Below, one piece after another: positions 28,531 to 37,697 of a stretch of 64,000 nucleotides of DNA. Origin of the DNA: a virus; IMG/VR virus record IMGVR_UViG_3300042863_003045, positions 38,657 through 102,656 of that record. One strand, written 5' to 3'. A model generated the notes under the pieces. That model searched no databases, had not been told where the DNA came from, and saw nothing but the letters and a program-made list of their open reading frames with translations. The position numbers and the translations under genes were made by a program. How positions within the stretch are numbered: position 1 is the first letter of the stretch; the number at the start of each line of letters is the position of its first letter.

Positions 28531-29990
28531 ATGACAAAAGAGGATAAAATAAATAAACTCATGTCACTAAAAAAACAGGCAAGCGAGTTGCAAAGAGAAG
28601 CTGATTACTTCAATGCGTTGCAACTCGCTCTTTTTTGACCCCCTCGGATTAATCTGAGGGGGAGTGGCTAAAACTTATATTGAATGGATCGTATGGTGCA
28701 TTCGCAACGAAATATTTCGTCTTGTTCAACAATTGGGTAGCATCTAGCATAACAGCGCAAGGTAGAGACCTTATAAAAACCATGGATACTATCAACCAAG
28801 ATTATTGGTATAATCAATGGCATTTAGATTTTGAATTGCATAAAAAAATGTGCATTAAAAATATATCTAAGATAGGTGAGAAAGAAACTGTTTCTGTGTA
28901 TGCTGACACGGATTCAATTTTTGTATCATATGATCCCGCGATAAAAAATTCTGAATGGAGAAATCTTCCTCTATCAAAAATAGATAGTTTGCAAAAATCT
29001 TTTGTTATTTTGGAGAAAAGACAAGAAACAATAACAACGAATTCAAATTGTTTAGGAATATTTAGAGAGGTAAGTGATTTTATAAACTTCTTAAAGGACA
29101 ATTCGCCTGATATATTAATAATAGATGGATTTTTTGTTAAAGATTATGAACTCAATTCGAAAGAAAATTCTGAAATCTTATCCAATAATAAGATATTTTG
29201 GAATTGGGTCAATGAATTGGATTATATTCAGGGAATAGATCATTTTAGGATCGGTGGATACTTTAAAAAGTCTCTTGAGGATTATGCAAAAAATTATGGA
29301 GTTGAGAATAGAGAAGATTTTGAATTAGAAAGAATATCAGAGTCAATTATAAATATTGCTAAGAAGAAATATATACAACATATTGTATATGAAGATGGGA
29401 TTACATATGATAGGTTAAATTATATCTTCCCAAAAGGTGTTGAGCTCGTAAGATCTTCAACTCCACTTTTTGCGAGAAATAAGATTGTGGATATAGTAAA
29501 ATATCTTTTTTCACATCCTGATGACTTTAATATAAAAGATCTTTTAAAATTAGTAAAAGATTTAAGAAAAGAATTTGAGTTAGCTGATATTGATGATATC
29601 GCGATGCAATCTTCTGTTTCTAAATACGATACAAAAGTTCTTGATGATAAGAATTCTTTGAGTTTTGTTAGTGGTGCTCACTTTGCTGTCAAAGCATCTG
29701 CTTATCACAACTATCTTTTATTTAAAAATCCTTCATTGCAGTCTAAATATGAATTTGTCAAATCTGGAACAAAGATAAAATATTATTATGTGAAGAATTC
29801 TAAAATAAATGATATGTTTGCTTATGTGCGGGGATCGTATCCAATGGAATTCGGACCTGAGGTCGATTATGATATTCAATTCTTCAAATCTATCATAAGC
29901 CCGATAAATTCAATTATTTCTCCCTTGGGATTGCCAGAAATCACGAAACGTTTGAGTGTTGTAATGGATATTTTCTCAGGAGATTTTTAA
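28531..29990 (+). CDS. Family-B DNA polymerase, C-terminal subunit of a split gene; reading frame interrupted by a 38-nt insert (28633-28670)
   Basis: ATG 28531 gives ...NALQLALF*; the -1 frame resumes LKLILNGSYGAF, ITAQGR, YADTDS, KKKY, KGVELVRSSTP. Confidence 0.9.
28633..28670 (+). other. Candidate translational-bypass coding gap (stop + GC-rich hairpin)
   Basis: TGA 28636-38; stem 28639-48/28653-62 with UUAA loop; flanked by Leu codons CTT and CTA. Confidence 0.7.
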
Positions 29991-30018
29991 CAGAGAAGGA
30001 AGTGTGAATATATAAGAT

Positions 30019-30243
30019 ATGATTAAAGATCATATCTTATATGAACATTTTATTGCTTATGTAAACTCTAAGGCATTTAATAATGGGTATTTCACCATTT
30101 TAAAGAATTCACATTCTTATTTTGAATCTTTTTTAGAAAGATATGAAAGTGATGAGAAGTTTAAAGACAAATTAAATAAAATGGTGAAGTCTTATATAAG
30201 GGAAGAAAAAATTTCAATTATAATGAATGAGATTGATAAGTGA
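30019..30243 (+). CDS. Hypothetical protein
   Basis: ORF ending with IREEKISII motif. Confidence 0.65.
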   Translation: MIKDHILYEHFIAYVNSKAFNNGYFTILKNSHSYFESFLERYESDEKFKDKLNKMVKSYIREEKISIIMNEIDK

Positions 30244-30559
30244 AACAAGTTTGGATGGTATTATAATAAGATATTTTGATGGATGTGATATTAATAAAAT
30301 GTTAAGTCATCCAAGTGATGGTTCTGATGGAATAATGGTTGTTTTCATTAAATCATACAAAGACGAAGAGATCATGTTCAATAGAGATTCTATAATAAAT
30401 TCCATAATTGGTGGCACTAGATTTAAAAAATTATCCGAGATATTTGAACAATTGGATAACCATTATCTGATGATATATCAAACAAGTGGATTTATCGATG
30501 TTGTTTATAAATCGGTTAAAAATAAAATAGAAAATTTTAAATTGAATCTTAATATATAA
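30227..30559 (+). CDS. Hypothetical protein
   Basis: Overlapping ORF in operon. Confidence 0.65.
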   Translation: MRLISETSLDGIIIRYFDGCDINKMLSHPSDGSDGIMVVFIKSYKDEEIMFNRDSIINSIIGGTRFKKLSEIFEQLDNHYLMIYQTSGFIDVVYKSVKNKIENFKLNLNI

Positions 30560-30562
30560 CAT

Positions 30563-31060
30563 ATGAAACATCTTATGAGATATGAGGGATTTAGTTCAAG
30601 TGAAAGACTTGATGAGATATTGGATAAGATATTAAAGTTTGGAATACAATCAATCTCAAGGGAAGAAAAGACTTTTTTAGATTCACATAAAGATGGGAAG
30701 GAAGAGGAAGAGCATATAAATCTTCAATTTTTAGAAAACGAAACTATTCTTGAGGATGATTCAGGACTTTTTAAATTTGAATTTCTTGATATTAAACATT
30801 ATAAAGATGAAACACAAATAATTGGGATAATATATGTACCAGATCTTCGATTTGAAAGTGGAAAGATAATTCAAGGTAGGTTAGAGGGAAAAATAGTTAT
30901 ATATGAGAACGGAGAAACTTCACCAGACTTTTATGTAAATATGAAAAATGGCAATAGAGAAATAATGTTTGATGTATTTGAGTTTCTAAATGGTAAGGAA
31001 TGTGAATTCGATTCTTTTATTGATTATGTTGTTGATGAGCTTAAAAATAAAAAAAAATAG
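30563..31060 (+). CDS. Hypothetical protein with shared N-terminal peptide and DUF6576-like motif
   Basis: MKHLMRYEGF; LDEILDKILKFGIQSISREEKTFL. Confidence 0.75.
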   Translation: MKHLMRYEGFSSSERLDEILDKILKFGIQSISREEKTFLDSHKDGKEEEEHINLQFLENETILEDDSGLFKFEFLDIKHYKDETQIIGIIYVPDLRFESGKIIQGRLEGKIVIYENGETSPDFYVNMKNGNREIMFDVFEFLNGKECEFDSFIDYVVDELKNKKK

Positions 31061-31069
31061 AATTTATCT

Positions 31070-31843
31070 ATGAAATTATTCCGTTATAAAAATTTTATTA
31101 AAGAATCAAAAGAGGACATAGACTCTATATGTAAAAAATTTGGTATAAAGAATTATACCATTAATGAAGACTCAGTTGATGTTGATGGAAATGTTAAACT
31201 ATACGATAAAGGATTAACTAAAATCCCCTTGAAATTTGGAAAGGTAAGTGGTTATTTTTATTGTCATGGTAATAAATTAATAAGTTTAGAAGGTTCTCCC
31301 CTTTCAGTTGGTGGTGATTTTTCTTGTCAGTATAATCAATTAAAGAGTTTGGAAGGTTCTCCCCTTTCAGTTGGTGGTAATTTTAATTGTAGTCATAATC
31401 AATTAAAAAGTTTAGAGGGTTCTCCTCTTTCAGTTGGTGGTCATTTTTCTTGTAGTTTTAATCAATTAAATAGTTTATCAGGCGCTCCCCTTTCAGTTGG
31501 TGGTTATTTTTCTTGTCGTTTTAATCAATTAAAGAGTTTAGAAGGAATTTCTGGAAGGATTTCCGGCGCAATTTATTGCACTGATAATCAACTAAGAGAT
31601 GTTAAAGGAGTTAAAGATGGTTGGTTAGGAGAATTTAGTGTATATGGAAATCCAGTCTATGAAATATTCAAATTATTTCCTAGAGACAACTGGGATGAAG
31701 TTATTGAAATCTTAAATGAGTATGAAGTGATCCGTGATAATGGCAATTTAATTATTTTACAAAGACTTGAACAAGTTTTTCTGGATCTAGGTTTAGAAGT
31801 TCCAGAAATTGAAGAAATTAAAGGATATAAAATTCATTTTTAA
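31070..31843 (+). CDS. Leucine-rich-repeat-like protein (22-aa repeats), paralog 1
   Basis: GGxFxCxxNQLKSLEGSPLSV x5. Confidence 0.85.
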   Translation: MKLFRYKNFIKESKEDIDSICKKFGIKNYTINEDSVDVDGNVKLYDKGLTKIPLKFGKVSGYFYCHGNKLISLEGSPLSVGGDFSCQYNQLKSLEGSPLSVGGNFNCSHNQLKSLEGSPLSVGGHFSCSFNQLNSLSGAPLSVGGYFSCRFNQLKSLEGISGRISGAIYCTDNQLRDVKGVKDGWLGEFSVYGNPVYEIFKLFPRDNWDEVIEILNEYEVIRDNGNLIILQRLEQVFLDLGLEVPEIEEIKGYKIHF

Positions 31844-31860
31844 ATTACTTAGATAGAATA

Positions 31861-32820
31861 TTAGTTAAGTAAATCTCTGAATTTTCCAACTAACGTCATT
31901 CCAAGTATTATAGGATCAGTTCTCGATTCTAATTTTTCCCTTAGTTCTGAAATAACATAATTGCATTTAAAAAGCGAATCAATATTCTTTTTTTCTTTTA
32001 AAGACCAATCAATAAAATTCCTACCAAGTACATTGAATAATTGATCCATATTATCTGGACCATAAGCAGACATTATAAAATGATATATTTTCTCATAATC
32101 AGCAGATTTATCATATATTATATCATAAGTATCCATAATTAGTTTGTTGCTTATTATAGTCGATGATGAACTTATATCTCCGGTATCTTTAATATTTTGT
32201 AATTGTACAATGATTGATCTTAAATCTGGAAATTGTTTATTGATTATATTAATAAGTGTTTCTTTTTTTATATCAATTTTTTCTGATTCTGCAATTTGAA
32301 TAACCTTTTTATAAATTCCAGTTTTTATAAACTTTTCTTCATCTTTATTTAGTACATCAAAATTTATTGAAGTAAATCTGGATTTTATTCCATCAGATAT
32401 TTTATTATAGTGATTTGTTGTAAGTATGAATCTCACATTATTATGATATCTTTCTATAAAAGCTTTCATAGCATCTTGATATTGTATTGATACTCTATCA
32501 AATTCATCGAGAAATACATATTTTATAGGATCTTCTGTTTCAAACATTGGAACAGTTTTGCAGAATCTTTCAATTTCATTTCTAAGAATATCAATTGAGG
32601 TATAAAGTGATGAGTTTATCTCTAAGAAAGCTTTTTCTCCTGAATATTTTCCTATTAGAACTCTAGCAAGTGACGTTTTGCCAGTTCCATAATTTCCATA
32701 AAATATAAAATTTTTGGTTATTCCATTTTTAAAATGATTCGTTATTCTTTCTGGAAGAATAAGGTCTTCAATTTTAGAAGGCCTCCATTTTTCCCAAAGT
32801 AAAAGATTATTAATTGACAT
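31861..32820 (-). CDS. Clamp loader AAA+ subunit (gp44/RFC-like)
   Basis: LWEKWRP, GNYGTGKT, FLDEFD, RFILTTN, IKSRF. Confidence 0.95.
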   Translation of the reverse strand: MSINNLLLWEKWRPSKIEDLILPERITNHFKNGITKNFIFYGNYGTGKTSLARVLIGKYSGEKAFLEINSSLYTSIDILRNEIERFCKTVPMFETEDPIKYVFLDEFDRVSIQYQDAMKAFIERYHNNVRFILTTNHYNKISDGIKSRFTSINFDVLNKDEEKFIKTGIYKKVIQIAESEKIDIKKETLINIINKQFPDLRSIIVQLQNIKDTGDISSSSTIISNKLIMDTYDIIYDKSADYEKIYHFIMSAYGPDNMDQLFNVLGRNFIDWSLKEKKNIDSLFKCNYVISELREKLESRTDPIILGMTLVGKFRDLLN

Positions 32821-32873
32821 ATAGAGATAATTTTATTTAATATATAGTTATAAGAAAATTTTTTAGATTGTTT

Positions 32874-33626
32874 ATGCCAAGAATAGGAGAAGAGTTCAAT
32901 TATAGTGATGTATATTTCAGGGATCTAACCATGTGCCTTCTTGATACATTAGAAGGAAGAGTAAAATGGACAAATAATTTCACATCAGGTGATGTTGAAG
33001 TAAATGTTCCTTTTTATTATTCACTTACTGGATCCGATAGATTCTTATTGGATAGTTTTTCAGATGATATAGTCTCAAATAATAGATTTGTTGAGCTGAA
33101 TACTGATATTATACCGAGAGGACATATAACACTTACAAATTGGCAAATAAGATCTGATGAATTCAGAAATCCTAATATTTGGCTTAGAAATGTAGTTGAG
33201 GATAATCAAGAAGTAAAAAGAGTATTGAATAAGGTAAGAGCGATTCCAATCACTGCGACATATGATCTTACTATTCTTTTAAAAACAGAGATAGATGTTT
33301 TTAAATGCTCACAGGCTATAATGAACACACTTTGGCTTTATAAATTCATGTATTTTGAACATAATTATATGCACATAGATGCGGTTATGACGCAACCAGA
33401 TACAAATGCTATTGAGATTGTTCGTGAGCAGAATTTAACAAGTGAAACTACAATAAAACTAACTGCATCAATAGAAGTTCAAAGTTATTATCCGGCATTT
33501 GTTAGAGACCAAGAAATTAGACCATTTAGAACAAGATGGTTCAACAATATAGTTGCGATGAGAAGTGGTTCTGCAAGACCTGGAAATCCAAATGCAAATG
33601 ATCAAAATCTATCAAATAATGGATAA
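32874..33626 (+). CDS. Tail terminator/sheath stabiliser (gp15-like)
   Basis: VPFYYS, IPRGHI, AIPITATYDLTI patterns. Confidence 0.6.
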   Translation: MPRIGEEFNYSDVYFRDLTMCLLDTLEGRVKWTNNFTSGDVEVNVPFYYSLTGSDRFLLDSFSDDIVSNNRFVELNTDIIPRGHITLTNWQIRSDEFRNPNIWLRNVVEDNQEVKRVLNKVRAIPITATYDLTILLKTEIDVFKCSQAIMNTLWLYKFMYFEHNYMHIDAVMTQPDTNAIEIVREQNLTSETTIKLTASIEVQSYYPAFVRDQEIRPFRTRWFNNIVAMRSGSARPGNPNANDQNLSNNG

Positions 33627-33692
33627 ACCAAAATTGAAAAAAATGACTTTTTTTACATAATATATAGTAATAAGAAAAAATAAAATTTTAAT

Positions 33693-34973
33693 ATGAAGAA
33701 TCTAAAACTCGAACTTTTTAACTTTAAGAAATCCCTATCATTTGATCAAGAGGATGTTTCTTATGTAATTGAAGGACACTTAAATAACTTTGTGGAATTC
33801 GGAGAGAAACAAATGATACACTCTTTGAACGAAAGGCTAAGGCCATATACTTATGATAAGAGTGTTAAAAAATTCCTTGAATCTTTGAATTCAGATCTTG
33901 CTCAGTATGAGCTTGTTTATGAGCTTAAGTCACTTTATAATATCCTAAATACAAAGAATCAAGGTGAATTGCTAAGACAACCAATAAACGTACTATTACA
34001 GACTATCAATTTAGAAACAGATCAAGATAGAATGTCTAAGATTCTTAATGAATTGGCCATTTACGACTGGGTTCCTGAGATAAAACTTTTTGTACACAAT
34101 CTTACAAAGTCTCCAGAGAAAAGAACTAATCTTTTAAGTGGTGGTAAAGGAGAATCTGTTTATACAATTGTAGAACAGGTTGAAGAAGGACATCTTGCTT
34201 TCATAAAGGATTCTTGGTTCCTTTTATCAGAAAGTGCAATTGAAAAAACTCTTTTAGAGAACCATGTAAAGGATGAGAATAAGTTGAGAACACTTAGAAA
34301 CCTACAAACTGCTCTTCAGTTCTGCAATGTTTCTGAAAGTAGAGTTGATTTTAGGATATCTGAATATCTTACCGTTGGTATCGGTGTTCAGAAAAAGGCA
34401 ATTTTTATCAATGATGATGAGTTGAATGGTGAATCTACTTTAGAGAGTATATTCTCATCTCCAATTGTTCCTATCGTAAATAAGAATTTTTATCCACTTA
34501 TACAAGAGGTTGCTAATAATATAGACTCATTTGTAGAATTGGATATTGTTAAAAGAGTATCAAATCTTATTAATCCTACATTAGAAGTATTTGCTTTCAA
34601 TTTTAAGAACAATATGCACGTTTATAGATGTGATGAGAGATATGGATATTCTCTTTTTGCGTATTCTTCAGCCGTTGAGTTAGTAAATGAAGTTAGAAAT
34701 GAGTTGAATTTTGATTTAACGTATTTTTACGAAAATAGACTAAGTAATGAATTAATATCAAAAAGAAAGTTAGAAGATAAAGAAAGACAAATCGAGTTGA
34801 AACTCGAAGATGTTACTTTTAATATATCAAAAGTAAAAGCATCTATTCAGATGTTGGGAGAAAGCAAGGTTCTTAAAGAAGCTCTTTCAAACTTAGAAAA
34901 AAGAAATGATAATCTAAGTACTGAATTACAAGCTGTTAAAGAACTTCAATATAACGAAAGGATTAGAAAATAA
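33693..34973 (+). CDS. Hypothetical late protein with C-terminal coiled coil
   Basis: 426-aa ORF, late motif upstream, terminator downstream. Confidence 0.8.
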   Translation: MKNLKLELFNFKKSLSFDQEDVSYVIEGHLNNFVEFGEKQMIHSLNERLRPYTYDKSVKKFLESLNSDLAQYELVYELKSLYNILNTKNQGELLRQPINVLLQTINLETDQDRMSKILNELAIYDWVPEIKLFVHNLTKSPEKRTNLLSGGKGESVYTIVEQVEEGHLAFIKDSWFLLSESAIEKTLLENHVKDENKLRTLRNLQTALQFCNVSESRVDFRISEYLTVGIGVQKKAIFINDDELNGESTLESIFSSPIVPIVNKNFYPLIQEVANNIDSFVELDIVKRVSNLINPTLEVFAFNFKNNMHVYRCDERYGYSLFAYSSAVELVNEVRNELNFDLTYFYENRLSNELISKRKLEDKERQIELKLEDVTFNISKVKASIQMLGESKVLKEALSNLEKRNDNLSTELQAVKELQYNERIRK

Positions 34974-34987
34974 TTATTAATAGATTT

Positions 34988-35032
34988 AAAAAAGGTGGGA
35001 ATTATAATTATATAATTCCCACCTTTTTTTTT
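34988..35032 (+). terminator. Intrinsic terminator (long stem)
   Basis: aaaaaggtgggaattata-atta-tataattcccaccttttt. Confidence 0.85.
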
Positions 35033-35059
35033 AAACTTTTTTTACTATTAAATGTATAA
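35033..35059 (+). promoter_or_regulatory. Putative third promoter class AAAC-N17/18-TATAA (representative copy)
   Basis: Same spacing at 19821, 21066, 54779 and on the minus strand upstream of 3493 and 32820. Confidence 0.55.
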
Positions 35060-35090
35060 CATGAAACCAAATAAAAAATAATTTACATGA

Positions 35091-35456
35091 ATGTACTTAA
35101 ACAACAAGGATTTATACTATGAGATAATTGTCTCAAAGGCTCAAGGAAAACTCACAAGAAAGGCCGAAAGGATGCTAGAGATTTTAGGCAAAGAAACAAT
35201 AAAAAAAATGAGGTATTGGAGCAATGATGATAGAAATGATTGCTTACAAGGTGGATTACTTGATATGTATGCAAACTGGTATAATTTCAATGAAGAAAAA
35301 AGTGTGAATCCATTCGCTTATTTCACTGAGATATTCAAAAGAGGTATCGCAAAAGCATTCAATGAGATTTATAAGAAAAAAGGAGATCCAGAATCTTCTA
35401 TAAGATTGGTCTCATTAGAAGGATCTAACGGTGGATTGGGACTACACTCACTTTAA
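35091..35456 (+). CDS. Late-transcription sigma factor (gp55-like)
   Basis: YLNNKDL...NFNEEKSVNPFAYFTEI. Confidence 0.85.
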   Translation: MYLNNKDLYYEIIVSKAQGKLTRKAERMLEILGKETIKKMRYWSNDDRNDCLQGGLLDMYANWYNFNEEKSVNPFAYFTEIFKRGIAKAFNEIYKKKGDPESSIRLVSLEGSNGGLGLHSL

Positions 35457-35983
35457 ACCCCAAGCTTTTTAAGTGTAGATTCTGTGATTACTATGAACTC
35501 CCAACCCTTCTTGTCACAAAATTTTATCATGGTCTCCCACTTCTTTAGGTTTTTTTGAGCCATCTTCAATTTATATTCTAGATTTTTTAACCTTTTGATA
35601 GTTGGATTATCTGGTACTTCAAATTTCTTTTCTTGTAAAAGAATTACATCTTTATATTCTGATTCTGGTTTAACCTCAACTATTATTTTTCTTATACCAT
35701 TATTTGATTCGAGCTCATAATAAAAGTCTGAGTAATAGGTATGATTTTTAAGATTTATATCACCATTACTCTCATAGTGAGTTAGTTGATAAGGTATTGA
35801 TATACATTCAGCACCCCATCTTTTAACTTTATCGGAGTTATCAAGGAATATCATCATTCGATATTCAAGCGAACTTCTATAATAGATCCCTCCTTCATTA
35901 TTAAATTTAATAACCTTTTCTCTATTTTTTGGAATATAGTTTCCTTGGTGATAATTTTTATTGTTCGGTTTTGAGTTTATCAT
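35453..35983 (-). CDS. Head completion nuclease (gp4-like, TnsA fold)
   Basis: YRSSLE, IPY, YYSDF, IVEVKP, GWEFIVITE. Confidence 0.85.
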   Translation of the reverse strand: MINSKPNNKNYHQGNYIPKNREKVIKFNNEGGIYYRSSLEYRMMIFLDNSDKVKRWGAECISIPYQLTHYESNGDINLKNHTYYSDFYYELESNNGIRKIIVEVKPESEYKDVILLQEKKFEVPDNPTIKRLKNLEYKLKMAQKNLKKWETMIKFCDKKGWEFIVITESTLKKLGV

Positions 35984-36000
35984 TATTTATATATATAAAC

Positions 36001-36774
36001 ATGAGATTGTTCAGATATAAAAACTTTATTAAAGAATCAAAAGAGGACATAGATTCTATATGTAAAAAATTTGGTATAAAGAATTATACCATCAATGAAG
36101 ACTCAACTATTGATGTTGATGGAAATGTTAATCTACACGATAAAGCATTAACTAAACTTCCCTTGAAATTTGGAAAGGTAAGTGGTAATTTTTATTGTCA
36201 TAGGAATCAATTAATAAGTTTAGAAGGCTCTCCCCTTTCAGTTGGTGGTGGTTTTTATTGTCATAGGAATCAATTAATAAGTTTAGAGGGAGCTCCTCTT
36301 TCAGTTGGTGGTAATTTTGATTGTGGTGATAATAAATTAATAAGTTTAGAAGGTTCTCCTATTTCAGTTGGTCGTTATTTTGATTGCAGTTCTAATCAAT
36401 TAAAGAGTTTAGAGGGTTCTCCCCTTTCAGTTGGTGGTGATTTTTCCTGTAGTTTTAATCAATTAAAGAGTTTAGAAGGAATTTCTGGAAGGATTTCCGG
36501 TGGAATTTATTGTGATAATAATCAACTAAGAGATGTTAAAGGAGTTAAAGATGGTTGGTTAGGAGAATTTGATATAAGAAGAAATCCAGTCTATCAGATA
36601 TTTAAATTATTTCCTATAGACAAATGGGATGAGGTTATTGAATTCCTAAACGAGCATGATACAATTAGAGATGGTAATTTAGTCATTTTACAAAGACTTG
36701 AACAAGTTTTTTTGGATCTAGGTCTAAAAGTTCCAGAAATTGAAGAAATTAAAGGATATAAAATTCATTTTTAA
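36001..36774 (+). CDS. Leucine-rich-repeat-like protein, paralog 2
   Basis: Near-identical ends to 31070..31843; ATG at 36001. Confidence 0.85.
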   Translation: MRLFRYKNFIKESKEDIDSICKKFGIKNYTINEDSTIDVDGNVNLHDKALTKLPLKFGKVSGNFYCHRNQLISLEGSPLSVGGGFYCHRNQLISLEGAPLSVGGNFDCGDNKLISLEGSPISVGRYFDCSSNQLKSLEGSPLSVGGDFSCSFNQLKSLEGISGRISGGIYCDNNQLRDVKGVKDGWLGEFDIRRNPVYQIFKLFPIDKWDEVIEFLNEHDTIRDGNLVILQRLEQVFLDLGLKVPEIEEIKGYKIHF

Positions 36775-36799
36775 TATATAAAGAAAAATAAAATAAAAA

Positions 36800-36988
36800 A
36801 TGAGACATATAAGACCATTTAAAGAAAATAAAACCGATATGATTGAAAGAAAAGATCCAGAGAGTTATAGAAAAGAGATAGTTCAAAAAGTAATAGATGC
36901 GCTTGTTAAAGATCAGAACAATCACCCTGGTTATCAATCATTTAGAGAAGAGTTAGAAGATTTCTTAAGTACTTTCCCAAAAGAATAA
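36800..36988 (+). CDS. Small protein with shared N-terminal peptide
   Basis: MRHIRPFKEN; late motif upstream. Confidence 0.7.
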   Translation: MRHIRPFKENKTDMIERKDPESYRKEIVQKVIDALVKDQNNHPGYQSFREELEDFLSTFPKE

Positions 36989-37037
36989 AAGAGAAGGGAG
37001 GATTTTTTATATATATACTTAAATTTTTGATGTTTTC

Positions 37038-37697
37038 ATGAAAAAATGTAGTAAATGTAGTATTATAAAATCTTTAGATTTATTCAATAATGATAAATCC
37101 TCTAAAGATGGTTTCAGATCAAACTGCAAAGATTGTAGAAAGAATCAAAATAAACTATGGTATTCTAAAAATATCGATAAGATAAAATTAGAAAAAGTTA
37201 AATACTATGAATTGAATAGAGATCTGATTTTAGAAAAAAGTTCTATAAGATATGAAGAAAATAGAGATCAAAAGTTAGATTATCAAAAAGAATATCAAAA
37301 TAAGAATAAAGAAAAAAGAAATCAATATTTATCAAGAAGGCGCAAAAATGATGTGATGTTCAGATTAACTACAAATATTAGAAATTTAATTAATAATTGT
37401 TTTTATGAATCAGGATATTCTAAAAAAACAAGAACTGAAGAAATAATAGGTTGTTCATTTAATGAGATGAGATTCTATCTGGAATCTAGATTTGAAGATT
37501 GGATGGATTGGGAAAATAGAGGAATATACACAGGAGAATTCAATTCTGGATGGGATATAGATCATATAATCCCGATATCTTCCGCTAAAAGTGAACAAGA
37601 AATAATCAATCTCAACCACTATACAAATTTACAACCACTCTGTAGTAAAATAAATAGAGATATTAAAAAAAATAAAATAGAATATGGCATCATATAA
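37038..37697 (+). CDS. HNH endonuclease with N-terminal zinc ribbon
   Basis: CSKC...CKDC; WDIDHIIP...NHYTNLQPL...N. Confidence 0.9.
   Translation: MKKCSKCSIIKSLDLFNNDKSSKDGFRSNCKDCRKNQNKLWYSKNIDKIKLEKVKYYELNRDLILEKSSIRYEENRDQKLDYQKEYQNKNKEKRNQYLSRRRKNDVMFRLTTNIRNLINNCFYESGYSKKTRTEEIIGCSFNEMRFYLESRFEDWMDWENRGIYTGEFNSGWDIDHIIPISSAKSEQEIINLNHYTNLQPLCSKINRDIKKNKIEYGII

Noticed and set aside
28639-28662. Polymerase hairpin as an ordinary terminator
   Set aside because: No U-tract follows it on the + strand, and it lies between two halves of one conserved motif; the mixed A/T context on the minus strand does not explain the in-register Leu codons
28627-28690. Simple -1/+1 frameshift or TGA readthrough at CTT-TTT-TGA; GCT-to-GCT hop; independent TTG start at 28680
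   Set aside because: Each frame meets a stop inside the insert. Landing on GCT 28667-69 gives the wrong frame. Starting at 28680 would drop the conserved motif-B lysine.
31240-31550. Diversity-generating retroelement acting on the LRR repeats
   Set aside because: Variable codons are mostly NNT, but this matches genome codon bias, many adenines are invariant, and no reverse transcriptase or template repeat is in the window
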